10,670 bases of DNA from Octopus sinensis (taxonomy: Eukaryota), in the NCBI RefSeq assembly GCF_006345805.1, contig NW_021827371.1:1-10670 (forward strand), in the 5' to 3' direction. Below the pieces are notes generated by a model. That model made no database searches. It was not told the origin of the DNA and worked only from the letters and a program-made list of their open reading frames with translations. Below are positions 1 through 7,599 of the stretch, in pieces. A program made the translations under genes and the position numbers. How positions within the stretch are numbered: position 1 is the first letter of the stretch; each line of letters begins with the position of its first letter.

Positions 1-571
1 TTTTTCAAACAACAAAAAAAGAGTACAGGACAATTAACACAAAGAAAAAACGCCTTCTTCAGTCGCTATGGTTTCATCTACTCTACGTTTCGAAGTGAAA
101 GCGTATCTTCGACAAGAAACTTTCCTTCCTGCGAAAAGCAAATCAATTAAAATTTTGAGATCTTTTCGCAGAGGGGTAAAACATGGTAACAAAAACAGGA
201 CAGTAACAACAGTACAAATTATAAACAGTAAAAGGCAGGACAAGGAAAAACAAGATAAGAAGGGCTGTTAACGCCGAACTAAAAAAAGTATTACGAACGC
301 GGATTTTTTTTTTTTTGAACGACGAACGGAGCAAAAAGAATAGCCGTCCACACCTCGAGAGGGTTAGGCTAGAAAGACAGTAGCGGAAGTCTCGTCGCGG
401 GTCGTTGTTTAAAAAAATGTCCAGTTCCTTGGGTTTGTGTCTAAGTTTTCGTTTCTCATTGTGTTCGACGTCTTTTTGGTGTCCTGTACTCATATATGCG
501 TGTATATGTACATGTAGAGGTAGGTACGTACATATATGTTTATATATATGTATATGTTTTTTAATTTATTA

Positions 572-655
<84 letters not shown>

Positions 656-728
656 ACAGAGAAACACACAGACACAAACTGATAGATAGAAAGATAGATT
701 GATAGCTAGATAGATAGAGAAAGAGGCA

Positions 729-767
<39 letters not shown>

Positions 768-773
768 AGAGAG
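572..773. repeat. Compound microsatellite (AT)n / (TAGA)n / (GA)n
   Basis: (AT)n ~572-598, perfect (TAGA)n 601-654, degenerate GATA to ~720, (GA)n ~729-773. Confidence 0.97.
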
Positions 774-1049
774 TTTAACAATGCTAACTAAAATCTTCTG
801 AGTGACTAAAAGTGTTAGTTTATAAGAAAATGCCAAGAAAATCACTAAGTAGGAAATTTAATTTCCTCCCGCTTGAACCGGAAGCATTGCGAATATTTCG
901 CGAATAAAGCGTCCCAATTCTCTAAACTGAACATTGGTTCTGTTCTTTTTATAAAACTGTTGCTCCGTTATCGTTGTTGGTAATGATGTTAATATTGTTA
1001 TTGTCGTTGTTAGTCCGCCATAGAATAAGTCGCTGTTATTGTTTAGTCT

Positions 1050-1525
1050 CGTATCAGCCCTAATCTAGAAGATCTCTTACTAAAATGTCTATCGTGGTCG
1101 TGTCTACCCTATCTTTTATTCAGTTATCTTGTATCCATAGCATTATATACTGTGCCCTTCCCATTTTTAAAGTGATTTTAAAATTTAACTGCTATTTCTC
1201 ATAGAATACGTAATGGCAATTTAGTTATTTGCTACCGTCACTGTTCCAAGTCATTGCATTGAGTTCCTTCCGATAAACTTTGATACCATTTTGTCACCTA
1301 ATCTCTACCTCAAGAGCTGAAATATCTTTAGTCTCTCTTTCCAAAGTACTATACCCTCAAGACAGATCTTAGAAAGACCCCAATTTGAATGCCTGATATA
1401 GTCAAAAAGTTTTTGAATGTTGCTTCAACTTAACTAATTATAATTAGTAAAGTTAATACTGCCACCAATAATTATTGGGGTTAGTATTAACATTTCTTAT
1501 AGATCTAAATTTTTAACTCTGTAAA
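1050..1525 (-). mobile_element. Decayed Penelope-like element (PLE) reverse-transcriptase C-terminal fragment, copy A
   Basis: Manual minus-strand translation from ~1370 downward reads DLS*GYSTLERETKDISALEVEIR*QNGIKVYRKELN...LNCHY...GRAQYI...DLLD*G*Y. This resembles the PLE RT/thumb pattern KFTxExE...FLDVxI..NG...VYRK...YL...RA..I...L..NGY. Many stops. Family assignment is by motif recognition only. Confidence 0.45.
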
Positions 1526-1554
1526 TTCCTTTTTTTTTTCTGAGTGATTAAAAA

Positions 1555-1601
1555 TTTTGCTAGCCTTGAATTTGGTAGAGTGGAAACTAAAAGAAGCCGT
1601 A

Positions 1602-1649
<48 letters not shown>

Positions 1650-1697
1650 TACCGGTTTCTTTCAGTTTCCCCTCTACTAAATTCAAGGCTAGCAAAA
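1555..1697. repeat. Imperfect inverted repeat (~43-bp arms) around a (TA)22 centre
   Basis: ttttgctagccttgaatttggtagagtggaaactaaaagaag (from 1555) matches the reverse complement of 1656-1697 (ttttgctagccttgaatttagtagaggggaaactgaaagaaa) with 4 mismatches. (TA)n at 1603-1646. Confidence 0.95.
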
Positions 1698-2000
1698 AAA
1701 AAAAAAAAATATATATTATATATATATATATATGTGTGTGTGAGTGTGTGTGTGTGTGTCTGTATTTTTGTGAGTATGTCTTTGTGTCTGTGTTTGTCCC
1801 CCCACCATCACTTGACACCGATGTTGGTGTTTTTAAGTGCCCATGACTTAGCGGTTCGGCAAAAGAGACCGATAGAATAAGTACCAGGCTTACAAAAGAA
1901 TAAGTTCTGGGAACGATTTCTTCCACTAGAAACCCTTTAAGACGGTGCTCCAGCATGACCACAGTCAAATGACTGAGACAAGTAAGAAGTAAAAAGAATA
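1555..2000 (+). mobile_element. SINE family 2 (5'-truncated, internal microsatellite), with local fold-back
   Basis: Shares blocks with 7600-8220: ttggtaga..aa...gaagcc before a TA/TG tract, gttcgg(c/t)aaaa..gaga(c/t)cgata, gtgctccagc.tg.cc.cagtcaaat, and an A-rich tail. Matches a recalled octopus SINE. Confidence 0.8.
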
Positions 2001-2039
2001 GCTCGTAAGTCAAGCAACAGTTTACTGGTTCCGTCATTA

Positions 2040-2250
2040 ATGAACTTTTTTAGAAATTTTTGGTAATTTGCAATTACTGTTCTATGTCAGTACTTTGACT
2101 GACACTAATACTGTTTTAGTACTTGATTTCTCCATCTGTTAGTGAGACGTCCTTGGTCTCACTTCCCAGGTATTCTAAACTTCCAGACAGATCTTAGACC
2201 AAAATATGAATTCTCGATGTAGTCAAACAATTTCAAAGAGATGTTAACAA
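2040..2250 (-). mobile_element. Decayed PLE-like RT fragment, copy B (proximal part)
   Basis: Homologous to ~1262-1430 (gtctc.ctt.cca..gta....agacagatcttaga...gat.tagtcaaa). Minus-strand translation DLSGSLEYLGSETKDVSLTDGEIKY*NSISV aligns with copy A. Confidence 0.45.
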
Positions 2251-2254
2251 CTTC

Positions 2255-2472
2255 AAAAAATGTTTGTCTTAAATTTTGGCATAAGGCCAGCAATTTCGGG
2301 GAGGGGAGAATGTAAGTCGATTAAATCTACTGAACTGGTCCTTATTTTATCGATGCCGAAAGGATGAAAGGCTAAGTCTGTGTCGGTAGAATCTGAACTC
2401 AGAACATAAAGACCAACAAAAAGCAGATAAGCACTTTTCACCCGGTGTGCTAATGAATATGCCAGCTTGTCG
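2255..2472 (-). mobile_element. tRNA-derived SINE family 1, old near-full-length copy
   Basis: Reverse complement reads cgacaagctggcatattcattagcacaccggg...tctgagttcagattc...gcctttcatcctttcggcatcgataaaataagg...ggccttatgccaaaattt, colinear with the other family-1 copies. Confidence 0.9.
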
Positions 2473-2474
2473 TA

Positions 2475-2780
2475 TTACGTTGTGAGTTCAAATTCCGCCG
2501 AGGTCGACTTTGCCTTTCACCCTTTCGGGGTCGATTAAATAAGTACCAGTTACGCACTGGGGTCGATGTAATCGACTTAATCCGTTTGTCTGTCCTTGTT
2601 TGTCCTCTCTGTGTTTAGCCCCTTGTGGGTAGTAAAGAAATAGGTATTTCGTCTGCCGTTACGTTCTGAAATGAAATTCTGCCGAGGTCGACTTTGTCTT
2701 TCATCCTTTCGGAGTGGATAAATTAAGTACCAGTTGCGGACTGGGGTCAAATTTCAGGCCTTGTGCCTAGAGTAGAAAAT
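2475..2780 (+). mobile_element. SINE family 1, younger headless dimeric body
   Basis: Two tandem body units (2475-2640, 2642-2780). The first has an intact B box gagttcaaattcc (altered in the second); both carry gtcgactttg.ctttca.cctttcgg and aagtaccagtt. Ends ggccttgtgcctagagtagaaaat. Confidence 0.92.
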
Positions 2781-2823
2781 AATATTTTGTCAAGTTAAAA
2801 CGACAAGCTGGCATATTCATTAG

Positions 2824-2853
2824 TGCTAACGTTTCTGCCAGCTCGCCGCCTTA
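2824..2853 (-). mobile_element. Isolated inverted SINE family 1 head (30 bp)
   Basis: Reverse complement is taaggcggcgagctggcagaaacgttagca, the same head seen at 3593 and 9844. Confidence 0.9.
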
Positions 2854-2869
2854 ACTTGACAAAATATTG

Positions 2870-2915
2870 ATTATAGAATTGTCATTTCTTATAGATTTAA
2901 TATTCTAACTCTGAC
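2870..2915 (-). mobile_element. Continuation of PLE-like copy B beyond the SINE cluster
   Basis: catttcttatagatttaatattctaactctg (2883-2913) matches catttcttatagatctaaatttttaactctg (1491-1521) in copy A, in the same order relative to the 2040-2250 block. Confidence 0.45.
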
Positions 2916-3402
2916 AGTTAATTGTTTACCAATAATAAATCTAATGACATAGTTTTGAAATGCTTCAATTATCAAAAAAAATTTTTGTGACTAGCTGACA
3001 CAATCTAATCCATACTTAACTACAAAGAAAAAGCAAGTGTTATATATCTTAATTTTGCCTCTAATTAATATTGGATTGAATTCTTTAGAAAAATCTACCC
3101 ATGTCAGTACTATTCTGTGATTTGACAGCAACCCCGTTATTGTTTGAAAGCTCGTAGTTCATATCCTTGATAAATATATTCTACTTCTTGTTGTACGGGG
3201 CTGTTATAAATTGTCACGTCTATGTTTGTCTGTATCTTATTTGTAGTGTTGCACTTAGTCTCTTCAAAATTAATTTAGAATTGGGGAACCCCCAGTTCTT
3301 TTACATTTGCAGCTGTGATTAATGACATCGTGAATGTCCAGCAATGCTGTTGTCAATAGAAACAATATACTTCCTACAACATCAGTTGGAGAATGCTTGA
3401 TT

Positions 3403-3504
<102 letters not shown>

Positions 3505-3592
3505 AGTATATTTTTCACTTTCAGAAATATAGTTAAGAGAACAACCGGAAAAAATGTCCTCTGGATTAACACTTTTAAACATTATAAACACA

Positions 3593-3800
3593 TTAGGTGG
3601 TGAGCTGGCAGAATCGTTACCACGCTGGTCAAAACATTTAGCGGCATTTCATCTGTCCTTATGTTCTGAATTCAAATTCCGCCGAGATCGACTTTTCCTT
3701 TCATTATTTCGGGGTCCATAAAACAAGTCCCAATTACGTACTAGGGACGATGTAATCGACTTAATCCCTCCCAAAATCTCAGGCCTTGTGCCCATAGCAG
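3593..3800 (+). mobile_element. SINE family 1, full-length diverged copy
   Basis: Head taggtggtgagctggcagaatcgtt, B-box-like gaattcaaattcc, body, tail aggccttgtgccc. Confidence 0.9.
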
Positions 3801-3960
3801 ACTCGTTAGCACTCCGGACAAAATGTTTAGCGATATTTTGACCATCTTTACGTTCTGAGTTCAAATTCCACGGAGATCGACTTTGTCAGTCATGCTTCCG
3901 GGTCGATAAAATAAGTACCAGTTGAAAACTAGGGGCCATGCAATCGACCTCATCCCCTCT
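3801..3960 (+). mobile_element. SINE family 1, second tandem copy (5'-truncated)
   Basis: ctcgttagcactccggacaaaatgtttagc...gttctgagttcaaattcc...ggtcgataaaataagtaccagtt. Confidence 0.88.
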
Positions 3961-3969
3961 ACCTAGGGG

Positions 3970-4192
3970 AAAAGAATATTATTTTCAAATTTTGGCCCAA
4001 GGCCAGCAATTTCGGGTGAAGGTATAAGTCAATTACATCGACCCCAGTGTTTAACTGGTACTTATTTTCGACCCCGAAAGGGTAAAGGCAAAGTCGATCC
4101 CTGGGGAATTTGAACTTAGATCTTAAAGATAGACGGAATGTCGCTAAGCATTTTGCCCATCGTGCTAATGGTTCGGCCGACTCATCGTCCTT
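3970..4192 (-). mobile_element. SINE family 1, full-length inverted copy
   Basis: Plus strand shows the reverse-complemented blocks aaggccagcaatttcggg, atcgaccccagt...actggtacttattttcgaccccgaaagg, ggaatttgaact, gctaagcattttgccc..cgtgctaa. Confidence 0.9.
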
Positions 4193-4234
4193 GTAGAAAG
4201 GAATATTAATTCCTGAATCTACAAAATACTTAGC

Positions 4235-4305
4235 GGTATTCCTTCCGGTTTTACTTTTTAAGTTCAAATTCCGTTGATGTCGATTTTGCTTTGATGGAAT
4301 GCTGC
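4235..4305 (+). mobile_element. Degenerate SINE family 1 fragment
   Basis: cttagcggtatt...aagttcaaattccg...gtcgattttgcttt. Confidence 0.6.
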
Positions 4306-4434
4306 TCATTGTCATACCAAGTTTCTGTCAAAACAAACACTCATCACTCACCATCCTATGATTTGAGAATAACAACATTAATGAGTTAAAAATATACATA
4401 AGTATATACATACGTTCGTCCGTGCGAACGTAAG

Positions 4435-4482
4435 CACGCATGCACACACGCACACACACGCGCGCGCGCGCGCACACGCACA
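4435..4482. repeat. Alternating purine-pyrimidine tract (CA)n-(CG)7-(CA)n
   Basis: Directly visible; (CG)7 at 4459-4472. Confidence 0.9.
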
Positions 4483-4627
4483 AACATTAATTGGCTGAGA
4501 AATTACGAACCAAGAGGCTTGTGCATAGCTTCTATCTAACAATGAAAGTCATGAATGAAACTCGGGTTTTTGAATCACATTGTTAACTTCCCTGCAGATT
4601 AAGCACTTTCTTAAATCCAAGTCTCTG

Positions 4628-4744
4628 TACACACGCACACACACACACAACACACACACACATACACACACACACATACACACACACATACACACACACA
4701 TACACACGCACATACCCACTCCTACACACGTACACACACATACA
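4628..4744. repeat. (CA)n / (CACACACATA)n microsatellite
   Basis: Directly visible. Confidence 0.95.
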
Positions 4745-4748
4745 TTTA

Positions 4749-5257
4749 ACGTAAATCTTCGAGTATAGTCCGCTCTTGAGTATAATACGCAGGGGAGTTT
4801 CAGGGGATGTACCTCTGAAAAACCTAAACCTTGTATGTATATAATACGCACTCCTTCTCTAATTAAGCTAGCAGCACCTAGTCGAACAAACACTTTCGCG
4901 CATGCGTAATACAATAATGATGATGTTCTCAACTTATATAAGCGAATACAAATATGTTTGCAAATTGTTTTTGTTACATGTTATTCTGTGTTCTGAATAC
5001 TTTTATTTTAATAAATATTGCTTACAGCAAGTTATGGATGATTCTTTTATGACTTCATTGCTTTCAGGCTTAGCTTAAGGTATTTTCACGCCCGACATCA
5101 CAAAATGCGTCTGAATAAACATTGCCGGACAGAAAATATAGACTCGGACATTGCTTAGAAAATATTTTTCATTTTTAACCTCGTATATAGTACCCACTAG
5201 GGATATTGACTTTTAAATTTTAGGAAAAAAATGCGGATTATACTCGAGGATTTACAG
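4749..5257. mobile_element. Non-autonomous Tc1/mariner-pogo (Tigger-like) DNA transposon / MITE, ~510 bp
   Basis: 25-bp TIRs at 4749-4773 (acgtaaatcttcgagtatagtccgc) and 5233-5257 (reverse complement ctgtaaatcctcgagtataatccgc), 21/25 identical. Each is flanked by TA (4747-4748, 5258-5259). No transposase ORF. Confidence 0.8.
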
Positions 5258-6047
5258 TACTTATTTTCTCATTAATTGAAGTTTCTAGACGTGAAGACAC
5301 ATCAGGATTGTCGGGTGACCTCTTTTTGGGAGGCAGCGCTTTTGGTTGTGCTGTATAAGGCTCAATAGACTCGAGGCTGGCTGAAAGGCTACCACGTGTG
5401 ACACACAATCTACCCACGCCCCAAATCGTAGATAAAGAAAAACAGGATGGTCTTAGATGAAAAGCTTATAAGCTTAGGTTTGCATATATGGAGCCGAACT
5501 AGAGATATTCATCAAAAGTGTTACGATTATATTGGTTGCTGTTTAGGGGCAAGACCGTTTTGTGTGTTGTTGTTGTCGCTATTTCAGGCCCAGGATAGCC
5601 GTGAGGGGCCAGATTGAAAACGATAGAAATGTCTAGGACTTGACCGTCACGTTTCATTCCCAGCCGCAGTGTACCTAACGACCATATTCTTCAATGCGCT
5701 GTTCTTTTGTAAGGTAATAATAGTGTGTGACCTGGTTGCTATGTCTAGCACGTACAAACTCCCTTGCTCACTGGTGTGTTAGTTGATTGAGGTTTCTTTA
5801 TAATGAAAAAGTGTACTTAATAAAGATTGTGTAATAGATACCAGGTTATTGAGTGCAACAATTGTCCTCGACAGAATTAAGAGTCAACAGTGTAGGCCAC
5901 GTTTCTAACCTTGCCCCAAATAAAGAATGCGCTAGGCTGAATCACGTTTCTATAAAAGGACATGTAAATCTTAAAACATAGACACAAGAGGCCGCAGATA
6001 AGTCTTTAGTGTGACTTAAATACATACAGACGAAGAGAAATAGGCGC

Positions 6048-6060
6048 ACACACACACACA

Positions 6061-6095
<35 letters not shown>
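6048..6095. repeat. (CA)n microsatellite
   Basis: Directly visible. Confidence 0.97.
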
Positions 6096-6098
<3 letters not shown>

Positions 6099-6229
6099 GC
6101 TCACATGTATGTGTACATTCATGTACAGAGCATCAGCTTGTGAACAAACCTCTTTTTATACCACCTTCCCATTACTCATTATGTATTTGCCAGTTCAATC
6201 GGGAAGAGATCGTGAAAATAGCAACAGCT

Positions 6230-6339
6230 AAGAATGAATACATTATTACCGATTGATCAAAGAACTATTTTTGGAATCTAAAAGTAAAACCAAATTAAAA
6301 CACAAAAGAAAACCAAATTAAAACACAACCAACCTGATA
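6230..6339 (+). mobile_element. Decayed RLE-clade LINE ORF fragment (part upstream of the PD motif)
   Basis: Reads EYIITD*SKNYFWNLKVK..(20-bp duplication, frameshift)..HNQPD and continues at 7065 across the TSD. Resembles W(N/D)..I.T...HNRPD of R4/NeSL/HERO-type endonucleases. Confidence 0.55.
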
Positions 6340-6423
6340 CTTTATTTACCTTATTTGAGCGCGGGCTACTAACCCGAAGATTCCGAGTTCGATTCCAAGC
6401 AGTGACCTGAACAACATCAACAA

Positions 6424-6425
6424 TG

Positions 6426-6483
<58 letters not shown>

Positions 6484-6527
6484 TGATGATGATGATAATG
6501 ATAATAATGATAATAATAATAATAATA

Positions 6528-6562
<35 letters not shown>

Positions 6563-6601
6563 AATAATGATGATGATAATAATAATAATAATAATAATAA
6601 T
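6424..6601. repeat. (AAT)n/(GAT)n compound trinucleotide microsatellite
   Basis: Directly visible. Confidence 0.98.
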
Positions 6602-6805
6602 ACGTATTGAGAAGAGCATTGTCGATGTGAGAACTGTTGCTGCTCATGTATTTTAATTTAACTTAAAATAAAAAATTTTTTTAATGAACGAACTACTGAG
6701 TTTGGTTTAATGGCCTACCAATGTATACTATGAGTTTCTTTGCCCTAGGAGTCGGGAAGACACTCGGCAAGAAATGGAAGCAAATTTGAAAGAAGAAAAA
6801 AAAAA

Positions 6806-6806
<1 letters not shown>
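6601..6806 (+). mobile_element. 5'-truncated LINE 3' end (possibly R4/Dong-like) inserted in a (TAA)n tract
   Basis: 6601-6630 reads YVLRRALSM*, like the C-terminal ILRRxL* of R4/Dong-clade ORFs. It is followed by ~170 bp of UTR-like sequence ending in an A-rich run, with (TAA)n on both sides. Confidence 0.5.
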
Positions 6807-6849
<43 letters not shown>

Positions 6850-6876
6850 TATAATGATAACAACAACAACAACAAC
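6807..6876. repeat. (TAA)n then (CAA)n microsatellite
   Basis: Directly visible. Confidence 0.97.
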
Positions 6877-6924
6877 ATCGAAGAATACTTTAGGAATGAG
6901 GACCCAGGTTCGAAATTTCCCCAA

Positions 6925-6970
6925 GACACCTGCAGAAGGCTGGAGGGTATATCAGCCGAAAGGTTGTGTT
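6925..6970 (+). ncRNA. Degenerate minimal type I hammerhead ribozyme-like motif
   Basis: Stem I gacac(6925-29)/gtgtt(6966-70). Core ctgCaga (6930-36; canonical CUGANGA) plus an extra A. Stem II ggctg(6938-42)/cagcc(6953-57), then gaaa(6958-61) and Ggtt (canonical minimal form is cgtH). Two deviations at conserved positions. Confidence 0.6.
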
Positions 6971-7064
6971 AACAACAAATAAGATGAGAACAAATATCCG
7001 TCGAATGTAAATAATGTAAATAATGTACATAATTCATCATCTCTTAAATATAGAACTGTATTGC

Positions 7065-7400
7065 CCAACCTGATATTGTTGTTTGGGACAATAAAATTTG
7101 ATATGAGGCAAATGAACTTTTTGCAGAAATCAGCTGGACGCTTGACAACAATGTGGTAGAAAAATAGAGAAAAGAGATGATATCAATGAAATATTGATGA
7201 CAATTTTGAAAATCCAGTCTCTCAAAAAATATTTATAGGTTTGTAGCCGTTATTATTGGCGTGACATGACATGTACCAGCCTGCCTCAGTTAAAGTATGA
7301 TTGAGCATAACTTAAGTTCTTCAGAAGGAATGTAATTCCATTATTCCGTAAATCATACAGGTGACCATAATATCTAGACCAACAAACAATTCTCCAAGAC
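7065..7400 (+). mobile_element. Decayed restriction-like endonuclease (PD-(D/E)xK) domain of an R2/R4/NeSL/CRE-type LINE
   Basis: Manual translation QPDIVVWDNKI*YEANELFAEISWTLDNNVVEK*RKEMISMKY**QF*KSSLSKNIYRFVAVIIGVT*HVPACLS matches the RLE pattern RPDIV.WD...IE(I/V)S...D.N...K..EK..KY..L....P.IIG..G.VP. Multiple stops. Confidence 0.7.
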
Positions 7401-7469
7401 TTCAAAATTCAAAAGATCAATAGCTGATCAAAGGATTGGCAGAGTTGTTAGAGCTTTTAATAGAATGTT

Positions 7470-7575
7470 TTAGCTCTCTACATCTTCAGTTCAAATCACA
7501 TCTAGGATGAAACAGTCTTTTTAATTTTCCTTTCTGGGTCGATAAAAATGGACCGAACAAGTATGGAGGATCTAA
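7470..7575 (+). mobile_element. Highly degenerate SINE family 1 fragment
   Basis: cagttcaaatc...ttttcctttctgggtcgataaaaat. Confidence 0.5.
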
Positions 7576-7599
7576 GCAACTATTACAACTATAAACATA

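Larger units (their letters stand above)
6340..7064 (+). mobile_element. tRNA-headed SINE (family 3) with (AAT)n core and hammerhead-like tail, flanked by an 11-bp TSD
   Basis: TSD ccaacctgata at 6329-6339 and 7065-7075. Head has an anticodon-like arm cggg-ctactaa-cccg (6362-6376) and B box gagttcgattcc (6385-6396). Tail 6877-7064 includes a (tgtaaataa) repeat. Confidence 0.8.

Noticed and set aside
34-493. Three short ORFs at the window start
   Set aside because: No recognisable domain, overlapping on both strands, composition driven by A/T runs.
490-845. ORFs of 61-81 aa (YLSI/IY/SL repeats)
   Set aside because: They are read-through of (GATA)n, (TA)n and (GA)n microsatellites.
1513-2037. 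174-aa minus ORF and overlapping plus ORFs sharing LALNLVExKLKE
   Set aside because: The shared peptide reflects the inverted repeat; the rest is SINE and microsatellite sequence.
3000-3180. Plus-strand words ASVIYLNFA and WIEFF, reminiscent of CR1/L2 RT (VIYLDF, WI..FL)
   Set aside because: Spacing is wrong, no KAFD or PQG motif follows, and it conflicts with the minus-strand PLE reading. Probably chance.
3300-3360. Possible splice acceptor ttttacatttgcag
   Set aside because: All frames stop soon after, there is no convincing donor, and no supporting exons were found.
5580-5720. Possible exon between tttcag and aaggtaata
   Set aside because: Stops in all three frames.
6345-6405. Candidate tRNA gene (anticodon-like ACT)
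   Set aside because: No acceptor stem and a broken T stem; it is the SINE head inside a TSD-bounded insertion.
6278-6656. Poly-Ile/poly-His/poly-Met ORFs
   Set aside because: Trinucleotide microsatellite artefacts.
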